62,660 bases of DNA from Octopus bimaculoides (GCF_001194135.2 NC_068982.1:60751993-60814652); one strand, 5' to 3'; shown: positions 49,519-60,186, counted from the stretch's first letter. The notes: generated from the letters alone by a model not told the origin. A program made the numbers and translations.

Positions 49519-50034
49519 ATGCATAAACACAAAGGTAAATGATATGTTGAACCATATGGTCATATAGGTTGAAAGACATCGTGTGTGCCTCATGGAAGGC
49601 AGGCATTAAGATAAACAACTTCACATAGTGAAGTTGGATGTTGTCTGAAGTCAATGATGACTGGAGTGAATTGTTTACATCATTGTTTGTGAGAAGCCAA
49701 TAATGACTGGTGCTTGGTTTTCCAGTCTGAACAGAATTACTGTATCCATAGTGCAATAAGCTTAATGGGAAGACTCTGTTAAGATGTGATAAAATTAGAA
49801 AGTAAACAGATGGATTTGCAGGTTCACTTTTCCAGTATTTTAGTTGTTATTGTTTTTAATCTAAAGTTAGCCTTGTTTAAACAGACCTATAATGAAAGGC
49901 ATTCCAGTCGTGGCCTTCCAATCTGCTTTTCATGTATATATTATATCCACGAGTACATTATCCAATGTATCTTTAATTCTTTTACAACTGTAAAGCTGGT
50001 GGTATTGGAAGGGTACCCAACCACTGAAGCATGC

Positions 50035-50199
50035 CAAAATGTGGCTGTGTAATAAGAAGTTTGCTTTCCAACCTCATGGTGTCAGGATCAATTTCATCGC
50101 ATGGTACTTTTGGGCAAGAGTCTTCTATTATGGGCCCAGCCGAAGATTGTGAGTGGGTTTGGTAACATTGAATGTGTGTGTACATATACACATACGTAT

Positions 50200-50238
<39 letters not shown>

Positions 50239-50240
50239 TG
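50035..50240 (+). mobile_element. SINE-A head plus (GT)n; tail replaced by PLE sequence
   Basis: gtggctgtgtaataagaagtttgc..ggtactttgggcaagagtcttctattatggg. Confidence 0.75.
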
Positions 50241-50249
50241 TGTGTAACT

Positions 50250-50442
50250 GTCTTCTTACCTGGCTGTCATTCCTGGAAAGTGCTGACCTGTTTAGATGTG
50301 TGCGTTTTTGAGGATATCCAGAATAAATTACACAACAAGGTCGGTGATCTCAGCCCCATCGTAGCTCCCCATAGAAACGTCGAACAATGGATTTCCTTCT
50401 TTATTTACACAGAGGGGATCGTCGTGAACCAGGATTGACTTT
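50250..50442 (-). pseudogene. Penelope-like RT segment, inverted relative to the rest of the element
   Basis: Minus frame KSILVHDDPLCVNKEGNPLFDVSMGSYDGAEITDLVV*FIL matches the PLE RT motif FDVTMGSYDGAE. Confidence 0.9.
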
Positions 50443-51420
50443 TTAGTATTCATGATGACATTGATATCTTAAGCCATATGGTGGCCATGCCATGAACAAG
50501 TTTAGTAAGGACCTGATAAAATATTCAAAGAATTCGGCCTGTCCAAAACAATTACCACTAACTTGACCACAATCAACTTCCTAGACGTGACTCTAGTCCT
50601 GAAAACGGCTAAGCAATACCCTTACAGAAAGCTCAAAGACAGGAAACTATGTACATCCTCAGAAGTTCAAATTACCTCCACCATTGTAATTAGAAACCCA
50701 GTTCCAGGTGTTAGAAGAATATATAAGCTTTCAACCAATAAGGTCTTGAATAGGGCTGCCCCCTACAATGATGCATTGTTGAGGAGCGGATTTTCTGAAA
50801 CATTAGCATATATGTAGGACCACAATCTCATCCTGTACCTGAAAAGGACTAGAAAAATAAAGATAATCTAGTTCAACTCTCCATAAGTACTATAAGCTTT
50901 TCAACCCACATAATGTCAAGATGAGCTACTCCAGCTTAGAAAGCATTACTTCTAACAGTTCACGCTACAACAGACTCAAACATGCATCTGCACAACACCC
51001 AACCCCAACCTGTAATCGTCAAAATCTTACCAGCTGTCTCCTAGGAGGATCCTGTCTACATAGCCACCCTCACACCAGCTGACGACATCACAAGACGCTA
51101 TACTGGCATGGCAGTAAGTAATTTCACGGGAAGGTACATGCATCATATGCATTTGCTTAAAATCAGGAATAGAGAGAATTCTACCTCTTTGTCTCATTTC
51201 CTTGAGAGACTTTGTAACCTCTGGAATGAAATTTCCAGCATTAAATGGACCGTCATCAGCAAAGCCTCACTTTACTCACTCAGCACTTGCAATTACTAGC
51301 TCTGTCTCTGTGAAAGACTGCATATTTTCCACCAGACTGCAATATCTGTCAACAGGACATACAAACCATCTTATTGTTGCATAAGAGGTAAGACCTCCTG
51401 GTAAACTTCAAACCACTCAC
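50443..51420 (+). pseudogene. Penelope-like element: RT C-terminal half, linker and GIY-YIG endonuclease, degenerate
   Basis: IFKEFGL..TINFLDVTL..PYRK..AAPYNDAL..SGF; LFNPHNVKMSYS; TCN..CLLGGSCL; RYTGMA..RY..H...NSTSLS..IKW.VI..LCLCERLHI. Confidence 0.9.
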
Positions 51421-51834
51421 TGGTCACCGACAACCCAGATATACCACCTTAACACTGGCTGCACTTCAACACAGGTTGCACCTCAACACTGACTGTCCCA
51501 CAACCACCAATGCCTACGCAGACCACAGGCTAACCTTCCAACCTCATGCGTCCCCATATACAAGGATGTGCACGCGAACACTCACACACACACACATATG
51601 CATACACATCTACATGAATATGTGTTTCTTGTTTCTCTCCCTTCCACTAACACCATGAAATCTCAATCCAATGCCAAACTTCCCAGCAATTTTGTTGCAA
51701 CCTCACTAGCATACATTTGTCATTCTCAAATGCGTAAATACCAAAAGCATGAATATATATGTACACACACACATGCACAACAGCTAAAAAAACACACACA
51801 CATACATGTTTTTTCAGACAAACATGCACTAGAT

Positions 51835-52160
51835 TCTCTAGTGCATGGGTCTCTGACCCCACCAAAGTTGGTGCGGTAGTCTTCCGGTGTTCCTCCTGCA
51901 GACATGACCAAACCACTGAAGACTGCCAGAATTGATCTTCAGTGGTCAGCTGACATTGTTCATGAATGTTGCAGCTTGAGATTCGGCCATGTAGAGAGAC
52001 ACCAAGGGCCTGACAAAGACACTACATTTGGAACACCTCAAACTTGTTCAGCTCCTGTTTGAGGATGGTCAAGATCTCAGTGCTATAGAGGAGAACAAGC
52101 AGAACCAGTGAGTGGAAAAGACAGATTTTGTCAGGAAGAGGCTCAACATTCAATCTTTAC
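51835..52160 (-). pseudogene. RTE LINE remnant
   Basis: VLLYSTEILTILKQELNKFEVFQM*CL..LGVS...LQWFGHVCRRNTGRLPHQLWWG. Confidence 0.85.
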
Positions 52161-53249
52161 CTGTCCAAGTCCAGTATGTGTTGGTTTTATATCTATGATT
52201 CTATTATTTATACATGACATATCAATAAGAATAAGGCAACATTTTTCTCTTCTTCTCTGCACAAACTCCATCTCAGCTATTTAAAAGAGAGTCAATATAA
52301 AGCAGACATGGGAAAACTATATCTGTTTTGTGCTGTGTTGTCTGAATCATAAACTCCCAGTCTTAATGTCCACAAAATTATGATAAATAACGATCACAAG
52401 TTTCTGACAAAAAATATATACTATGCTACAGAATAATATATTTCCCAAATTATTCTAAGAAAATTAGTTTTGGGGGAAATTCATTTTAATAAATAGTCAT
52501 TTTTTGGTACAAAGTCATTTTGACAAAAATGTTGTTTCTATGGAAAGTTGTTTGTGATGAAAATCACTCACTGAAAAGTTTTTTGATGAAGATTCATGGT
52601 ATCACGTGTGTGTGTGTGTGCATTTGTCTGCAGTTTGAAAATGAAATAGCAGCATATCACATAAACAAAATCTCTATATATGCCTGCACACACACGTACA
52701 CACACACATGCGCGTGCGCACGCACACACACACACACACACACATGTATATAACGGAGTGGTGTATTCAAGTGAATGTGTGTTTGTGCACGTAAGAATAT
52801 TATGAATTGCATAATATATGTATCCAACTGAAAAAGTTTTCTCATTCCTTCAGCTTTTGTCTAATTATAGTCACTTTTAAAACATGGAAAGAGATAAATA
52901 TATCTCAACCAATATTCACTGAACTTCCCTTCTTTCAGTTAATACCAACCAATGTGGCTTTAATGAAGCAAAATCTACAAGCAATTCATCTTATGATATC
53001 AGCTTTGCTTCATTAAGCAAACCTTCTGACAAAGATCATTCAAATAAAGTATTTTCTTCAACTTTTAATGCATCTCTGCATACTACTTATATATACTGCT
53101 GAAACAACACTGCAAGTCTTCATGAAAGTTGCATTTGAAAGCTGAATGAAGGGTCTACAATTCTTTATGCAGTATATCTAGTTTTTGTGGTGGGCCTAAC
53201 ACACCACCTATTTCAAGTTGACTCAGCTCTGAAGCAAGCATTAACATTA

Positions 53250-54537
53250 TGAGGGTCAGCTGAAAAGTTTATAAGCTGATCAAGATATTCTCATGGAATG
53301 CGACCAAATGAGGCTTATTTTTCAACATTGTCCCCCTTGTGGTCCACCCACTTCTTCCATCAATGTTGCAGTGCTTGGATACTATTGGTGAAGAAACTTT
53401 CATCCTGTTGGTTATAAAAAGCATCAACAGCAGATATGACATCATCATCACTGCAACACTGGTTCCCAACCAAAGATTTTTCCCTGTTGGAAAACAAATG
53501 ATAGTTAGATGGGGCCAGATCAGAGGAGTAGTGATAATGATTAACTAGTTCAAAGCCACAGTCATGCATAGAAACCATTGAACCCAAGGACTTGTGTGCT
53601 GGAGCATTGTCTAGATGAAACGGAACCTCTCTTTGTTTTTAGTTTTTCTAGGTGTTTTGTGTTGATTTCCTTTTGTAACTGCCTCTACTAGTTGGCATCA
53701 TACTCTCCATTGATGGTCTGGCCCTTTTCAAGATAGTCAATAAACACAATACCTTTTGCATCCCAAAAACCTGAGGCCATCACCTTCCCTGCAGGTGAAA
53801 CAACCCTGGCCTTCTTTGGAGTGGTTGAAGAGTGGGTTTTTCCACTGCATGGAATGTCTCTTTGTCTTTGGCTCAAAGTGATGAAACCAACACTAATCCT
53901 GGGTTAGGAAACGTTCAAGGAAACTAGCATGATCTGCCTCAAACAATGTCAAATTTTCCCATGATGTGTTCAGCCAGGTGTGCTTTTGATCAGGTGTCAG
54001 AAAATGTGGCACCCATCAAGCAGAAACCTTCATCATGCCAAGTTCCATAGGCAGAATCTTCTCAACTCTCTCATGGGATATACTCATAGCATTGGCTATT
54101 TGATTTATGTCATCTATCACCATATGGTGAACACTATCAATGTTTTCCTCCATGGTAGCAGTCGCAGGATGTCCAGACTTTGGGTTATCTTCAAGACTCT
54201 TCCCTCCCCTCCTCACTTCAGCTACCCACTTTTGCACTGTTGATAAAGCTGAAGCATCATCTCCTAATGTAGCAACCATGCCAGTGTGAATGCCCTTGGG
54301 GACTAAAGCATTTTTCTGCAGGTATTTGATAACTCTACGATGCCAAATTTTGTCCACTTTCAAGAGAAGTCATTACTAGTTATTTTTGAAGTCTTCTTTG
54401 AACAGTTAGATGTCAGTTTAGTTGGAAACAAACAATTCAGTTATTAAAGAGAAGACCTGAAACGACTGCATGCAAGATTTCACATCCTTAGCATCACTCC
54501 TTCATAGTTAGCCTATAAACTTTTCAGCCCACCCTTG
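53250..54537 (-). mobile_element. Full-length (1288 bp) defective mariner DNA transposon, irritans-like; TA TSD; ~30-bp TIRs
   Basis: TA|tgagggtcagctgaaaagtttataagctga ... tagcctataaacttttcagcccacccttg|TA. Confidence 0.95.
53315..54357 (-). pseudogene. Mariner DD34D transposase pseudogene (stops and frameshifts)
   Basis: HTH region DKIWHRRVIKYL..STVQKWVAEVRRG..SGHP; FLTQD*CWFHH; AGKVMASGFWDAKG; FHLDNAPAH; YSSDLAPSNYHLF; WKKWVDHKGDNVEK*. Confidence 0.95.
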
Positions 54538-54539
54538 TA

Positions 54540-54645
54540 AACTCCACTTCTCTCCCTGGCCAGGTTTTCCTTTCAGATACTGACTTAGCTCTTCAAGTTG
54601 GATATCTTGTGTCATTCTCATCACTCTTGAAGGACCTGAAAATGT
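54540..54645 (-). pseudogene. Probable RTE C-terminal remnant into which the mariner inserted (continues at 53247-53155)
   Basis: RVMRM..YLKGKPGQG..W before the TA site and an ASE..STW-like stretch after it. Confidence 0.4.
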
Positions 54646-55754
54646 CAACAAATATGCTCCTCGCTCTTCCGTGTATCTTTGTTAAAAAATCAATAAATAA
54701 ATAACTTTTGATCAACTTATGACTGTAATCTTTTTTAAAAAAATTAAGCTTGATTTTAATTATGAATGCTAGAGGTCAATTAATGAATGTTCTTCAGTTT
54801 AGAAATTAAAAACACAGGTATATTTTTAAAATAACTATGTTTAATGCAATGTGTTTTTATACAATATTGGAAACAACTGTTACTTCAAATTTCAAAATCA
54901 GGTTTCAAACATAGAGAAACCCAATCACACTGAAATTTTAAAGTGAATGTAGTCTCTAACAGTGAATAAATATAAATGCGAATGAAAAATCCAATGATAA
55001 TAAGCAACTGAGATGATTCACTTGAAGTTGCAGATATAAGTTACTATATTTTATTCTGTCAACAGAATTAGTTCCAATATCATGTCAAGAATATTTAGTA
55101 GCAAAAAAAAAAAAGAAAAAGCTAAAATAAACCATTTCTTCAATGCACTTCGTTTTTGTAGAAGAGAAAAATATGCAGATTATAAAAGTTTTTCATTGAG
55201 ATATGTTGTTCAGTATTCAAATATAAGAAAAAGTTGCAGGTTTTTCTTTTCCATTGACTATATTTGTAAGGATGTTGTTCACAGTGGAAGAGAGTGATTT
55301 TACATAAGAAAATATACACATGACATAATATTTGTGGATATACAAATAGGAGACAAAACATTGTAGATGTAGAGCTGCAGCTACAATATATTCAATACAA
55401 TTAGAAACCCAGGAAATATTTCAGTCATCTACCGGATAAAGAGTATATTAAGCAAATAATTAAATTAGAAGATGCTGACACAAAATATTATGATAAAGCA
55501 ATCTTTTCTAAGATATTCAGCAATTTTTTAAGGTTGATATAAGAAAGAGATTTATGATTGAGAGAAGAGAAAGAAAAGCATACAAAAATTCAATGGTTTT
55601 TAACTTGGAAAAACAGTCATTAATTAATCGCTGGGGAGTACAATATATTATACCCATAGAATTGTAAGATGCTACCAATGGTGAATGGAACAGAAAATTG
55701 AATGGAGCTTAGAATTCAATGGAGCAGTCAATATTCTAAGCAAAATTATGAAAC

Positions 55755-55888
55755 AACAGCAAGGCCTGAAATTTTGTGAAAGAATGGTAGTCAATTACCT
55801 CAACCCCAGTACTTGACTGGTACTTACTTCATCAACCCTGAAAGGATGAAAGGCAAAGTTGACTTCAGTGGAAGTTGAACTCAAAACA
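55755..55888 (-). mobile_element. SINE-B 3' half
   Basis: aaggcctgaaatttt...ccccagtacttgactggtac...gaaaggatgaaaggcaaagttgac. Confidence 0.85.
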
Positions 55889-55900
55889 TGTGCCCGTGTG

Positions 55901-55932
<32 letters not shown>

Positions 55933-56110
55933 NNNNNNNNNNNNNNNNNNNNNNNNNNNNNNNNNNNNNNNNNNNNNNNNNNNNNNNNNNNNNNNNNNNN
56001 NNNNNNNNNNNNNNNNNNNNNNNNNNNNNNNNNNNNNNNNNNNNNNNNNNNNNNNNNNNNNNNNNNNNNNNNNNNNNNNNNNNNNNNNNNNNNNNNNNNN
56101 NNNNNNNNNN
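55933..56110. other. Assembly gap (178 N)
   Basis: N run after (GT)n. Confidence 1.
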
Positions 56111-56240
56111 GAGAGGGGAAGTTGGTATGCATGGGCGACTGCTGGTCTTCTATAAACAACCTTGCCTGGACTTGTGCCTGGGAGGGTAACTTTCTAGGTG
56201 CAATCCCATGGTCAGTCATCACCAAAGGGGATCTCAGCTC
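56111..56240 (+). mobile_element. Family D repeat, 3' part
   Basis: Matches 24405-24535. Confidence 0.8.
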
Positions 56241-56254
56241 ACATATATATATAT

Positions 56255-56354
56255 ACATCCTGGCTTTCTTTCAGTTTCTATTTACCAAATCCACTCACAA
56301 GGCTTTGGTCAGCCTGAGGTTATAGTATAAGACACTTGCCCAAGGTGCCATGCA
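56255..56354 (-). mobile_element. SINE-A internal fragment, head cut at 56354
   Basis: ctttcagtttctatttaccaaatccactcacaaggc...cccaaggtgccatgca, then an abrupt switch to unique sequence. Confidence 0.85.
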
Positions 56355-56610
56355 GTTAAACAAAGAAATGGAAATAGATTAGTGTAGTAATCAAATTTTT
56401 TTTTTTTGGAAAGGGGGGGAAGGGTGAAGTAGTATCTGAGTTAATTTTTTTAAATGGCATTTTTATAAGTATTGCTGTTAGTAACTGTTTACAACTGCAG
56501 GTGGTAGAATAAACAAGCTCTTTTTTTTCAAAAAGAAAACAAAGTAATTTGTTCCATAACATCTTTCCAGAGGTTTCTTTTAATAATTTATTTTTTGTAG
56601 AAATTTAATG

Positions 56611-56836
56611 TTAGCCTTTAGCAGTTGAACCAACCATATCAGGCCCAAAAATTGTACCTGTTTTTATGCTTGAACTGGCTGGCTCTGGCCTTTCACGTCT
56701 ACCTGACAATGTCATTCAGAAATAAACATTCACATCATCGAAACCTCAAAACTATAAGATAATGCATGGTATTTCAAAACGATGTAAATGAATATGCATT
56801 ACATTTGACAGAGTAATCTGAAGTGTAAAGGGTCAA
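56611..56836. mobile_element. Probable piggyBac-type MITE (decayed TTAA|CCCTTT..AAAGGG|TTAA ends)
   Basis: Left end ttagcctttagca; right end gtgtaaagggtcaa. Confidence 0.55.
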
Positions 56837-57540
56837 CATATCTTATCAACCACATTATCTTAAGAAATTTATTTAATTAGAGCATTAAACCAAAACTAAG
56901 AAATTAAATAGGCTGATATAATTTTTTCAAATAAAAAGTATTTTCATAAGGATATCATTTCAAAATGTTGCCATTAATTTTTACAAGTTACTTCCTTACA
57001 TCTTACACCAAGTGCTGAAAAAAAAGATGATATAAATGTTTGCATAAATATTATTTTAATGTAATACTTGTTGTTTTAGTAATTCTAACATGTCATAGAT
57101 ATAGACATTAGCCTTTCTCTGCAGACTTTATAAATTTTGTTAATCTCCCAGGTACTGAGAGACATGTTGAACTGTGTGACATGGGTTCAACTCCTATGTT
57201 CTTCTAATTAAACTTTAGTATAGATATGGTTTACCACATGCAATCAGCAACTTCCATCTTGTTCTGGATTCATTGATCATTAAAACAAACATTAAAGCTG
57301 TGTTTCTATATTTCCTTAGTCAAGTTGTTATTACTTTACACAAGAGACATTATTCTCCTTTGATTTTTTTTTTCACAGCTAGGCTTATTTATAATCTGAA
57401 ACTGTTCAAGGGAGATCCATTTTTATATTGGAAAGTCAGTCCTCAGAGATTAGCATCCCTTAATGAATTGAGTTCTTCATATAATTTATCTATCCATTAT
57501 CATATTTTGCTTTACTTTATTTAGGTAAATTATTCAGCAA

Positions 57541-57636
57541 TGATGATCGCCATCATTGTTGTTGTCACCATTGTCATCGTCGCTGTCATCGTCATCTTCG
57601 TCATCGTCGTCGTCGTCATCATCATCATCATCACCA
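57541..57636. repeat. Degenerate (CAT/CGT)n trinucleotide tract
   Basis: Direct reading. Confidence 0.85.
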
Positions 57637-58171
57637 CCAATACTCTTGCTTTAAAATTAGAGTACTTACCATTCTCAATACTTCTAACTCTGATCTCTCT
57701 TCTTTTTGTTTTTACTTCTTCTACAGATACATTTCATTTTCGTATTTAGAGAGAAAGAAGGAACACGTCACTGAAGAGGTCATGAATAGCAATGAAAGAA
57801 CTTTGATAAACAACTGATTGATTGTTTAACCAACATATTAAACAAACGATTGATTAGTTAGTTGGTTACATATTTACCCATTTGACTAATAATAAAGAGG
57901 CAATATTGAACCGGTGCATGTTTATTATTACTGATGTAATAACCCTCTCAAGACAGAACAAAATACAAATTCATCACTCTTAATCTAATCTGTATTTATA
58001 TGATTTAATTTAAATCAATTCACTTTAAATCTATTAATATGTATCTGAGTTATGTAATTATACATGTAATGATGTTTATCTTTATGAAACAGCTGTTGAA
58101 CACAAATTTGCCATCAGTGTATCACACTTCAATATTTCTTATCTTTGATTTTAAAGCTAGAATTTATCAAA

Positions 58172-58300
58172 GCAGAAAATTGGCAGAGTTGTGAGGATGT
58201 TGTATAGGAGACTTGTTGCATAGGACACTCTATGCTCTGAGTTCAAATGCTGCCAAGGTAAATTTTTCCTTCTGTTCTTTTGGAATCAATAAGAAAATGT
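58172..58300 (+). mobile_element. SINE-B, heavily degraded
   Basis: ttggcagagtt...ctctgagttcaaatgctgccaaggtaaa. Confidence 0.5.
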
Positions 58301-58636
58301 GCTAATCCAGATGGTGGACTGATGGATTAGAAGACCTCCAAAAGTATCCGACTGGATACCTTGTTATAAATGTTCTGTTTTTTTTTTTTGTTTTTTTGCA
58401 TTTTGAGTTCAAATCTAGTTGTTCTACACAAGTGATGTGCACAATCCATCATCTGTTGTAACACCACCATGTGATATCTTGAGTACCTTTTGTTCCCTCC
58501 TCTCATTCTGTTGCAAGCACTGAAGTCAGAATTCTGGTTTGATACATAGCTTCCCACTCATCTTGGAAGCTCTGTAAATGGTGTTGGGCTCTGCTTTCCC
58601 TCTTAACAAAAAAATAAAAAAGAAATTATATATTTA

Positions 58637-58950
58637 GGTACTAACATGACTGTGTGGTAAGAAGTTTGATTCTCAACCACATGGTTCCAAGTTCAGTCCC
58701 ACTGTGTGGCACCTTGGGAGTGTCTTCACTATAACCTCCACCTGAGGTCCTCCACTACCACTTGACAACTGGTGCTGGGTGTTTATGTCCCCGTAACACA
58801 GCAGTTTGACAAAAGATACCAATGGAATAAGTACCATGCTTAGAAAACAAAAATATGTACTGGGACTGTTCCATTCGATGGAAAATTCTTCAAGACATTA
58901 CTTCAGCATGGCTGCAGTCTAATGACCAAAGCAAATGAAAGATAAAAGAT
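58637..58950 (+). mobile_element. SINE family A with internal deletion
   Basis: Head tgactgtgtggtaagaag..ggttccaagttcagtccc; jumps from ctataacctcc to ccacttgacaac; tail aaagataaaagat. Confidence 0.85.
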
Positions 58951-59745
58951 ACACAATGCCTCGGTTATTATTGCTATTGTTCCCACTTTCATGTCCAACA
59001 TCCTACCTTTTACACTTCAAGATCCTTATACATTCCTTGTACATTGACAGTTGTATCATTTGGACAATGTTTTGGTCAGAAGGATTTGTGACATTTATCA
59101 CACTACATTCATTTTCCTTTCCTCTTAATAGTTATACATGAATGGTTTACCTTGAAGTCTTTGCTCATCTGAATGGAAATGGTTGTCGACATAACATGTT
59201 GGTACATGTTTATACAACTTCTTATCCATTTTCATGTAGAAGTGTTGGCATATTGCCTGATTGACATGGCTGCTAATTCGGTCATATCTATGAATATACT
59301 TGGCCTTGGGAAAGACTGGAAAACTGGAAATGACGTGGTTAATCATCTCATTGTACTGATTACATAGTCTGGATTTAATGGTAGCATCTTTTCCCTTTAT
59401 TTTATTTTTGTGATTGTTACTGGCTGGAAAATGATCCCTGCTGGTAAAATCAAACTATCTGATACAGAATTTTAGAGTTATTATTGGCCTCTGTCCTAGT
59501 TTACTCCTCTTTGTTGAGTCTTGCAGAGTATTAGCCATGATTAGCCATGGAATGGTTTTCACCTCAATTCTTTCTAAGTTAATTTTGAATTTCTGTTTTG
59601 TTATTGTCTTTTCTTTTCCGTTTTATCTTGTTTTTTAACTTTTCTCGTAAATCTTTTTCTTTAGCATTGTTAGATTCCAGTTTGTACATTATTGTTTCCT
59701 TATGGAGTGAAAATGAATTTAATTTTTCTTAATATTGCCTTACTA
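58950..59745 (-). pseudogene. R4/Dong-clade (RLE) retrotransposon remnant: post-RT linker, zinc knuckle and RLE region
   Basis: KPFHG..; SRLCNQYNEMINHVISSFPVFPKAKYIHRYDRISSHVNQAICQHF..YKHVP; INVTNPSD; YKDLE; RMLDMKVGTIAIITEAL matches C..C....ETI.HI.SGC..LA..EY..RHD..WY.H.P..D(V/I)..P.D..KYKDLE..RMW..IP(I/V)..GAL. Confidence 0.8.
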
Positions 59746-59750
59746 AAAAG

Positions 59751-59934
59751 TGGTGAGCTGGCAGAATCATTAGCATGTTGGGAAAAATGCTTAGCAGCCT
59801 TTCATCTGTCTTTACATTATGAGTTCAAATTCCATCAAGTACGACTTTGTCTTTCATCCTTCCAGTGTTGATAAATTAAGTACTAGTTGAACTTAACAGA
59901 TGTAATTGACTTACACTTCTTCCTCAAAAATTGC
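59751..59934 (+). mobile_element. SINE-B, tail cut at 59934
   Basis: tggtgagctggcagaatcattagc...cctcaaaaattgc| then unique sequence, where ggccttgtg is expected. Confidence 0.88.
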
Positions 59935-60039
59935 TTACTACACTAATCTATTTCCATTTCTTTGTTTAACATTTCTAGTCCTCCTGTTATTACTTTGTAA
60001 TAGAAATGTTAACAAAGAAATGGAAATAGAAACTCCACT

Positions 60040-60186
60040 TTAGGAAGGGCATCCAGCTGTAGAAACTCTGCCAGATCAAATTGGAGCCTGATGCAGCCAT
60101 CTGGTTCTCCAGTCCTCAGTCAAATCGTCCAACCCATGCTAGCATGGAAAGCAGACGTTAAACAATGATGATTATTATTATTATTA
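60040..60186 (+). mobile_element. 5'-truncated family C element
   Basis: ttaggaagggcatccagctgtagaaactctgccagatc...ccatgctagcatggaaagcagacgttaaac. Confidence 0.9.

Noticed and set aside
50335-50435. Possible hammerhead ribozyme (gaaacgtcg) next to the Penelope element
   Set aside because: There is no CTGANGA core, and the segment is fully explained as inverted RT coding sequence.
53155-54645. Good acceptor (atttgttgacattttcag|) and a frame that stays open across the mariner insertion, suggesting a disrupted host exon
   Set aside because: The peptide (RVMRM..LKGKPGQG..W..ASE) is better explained as an RTE C-terminal remnant.
21744-56325. All long ORFs containing X runs (up to 377 aa) and the YIYI/HTHT/CVCV/SLSL/poly-N, D, I ORFs
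   Set aside because: They are artefacts of N-gaps and di/trinucleotide microsatellites.
57541-57636. Poly-Asp-like minus frame with third-position GAT/GAC variation
   Set aside because: T/C variation at that position is expected from CpG turnover in a (GAY)n microsatellite; it is not evidence of coding selection.
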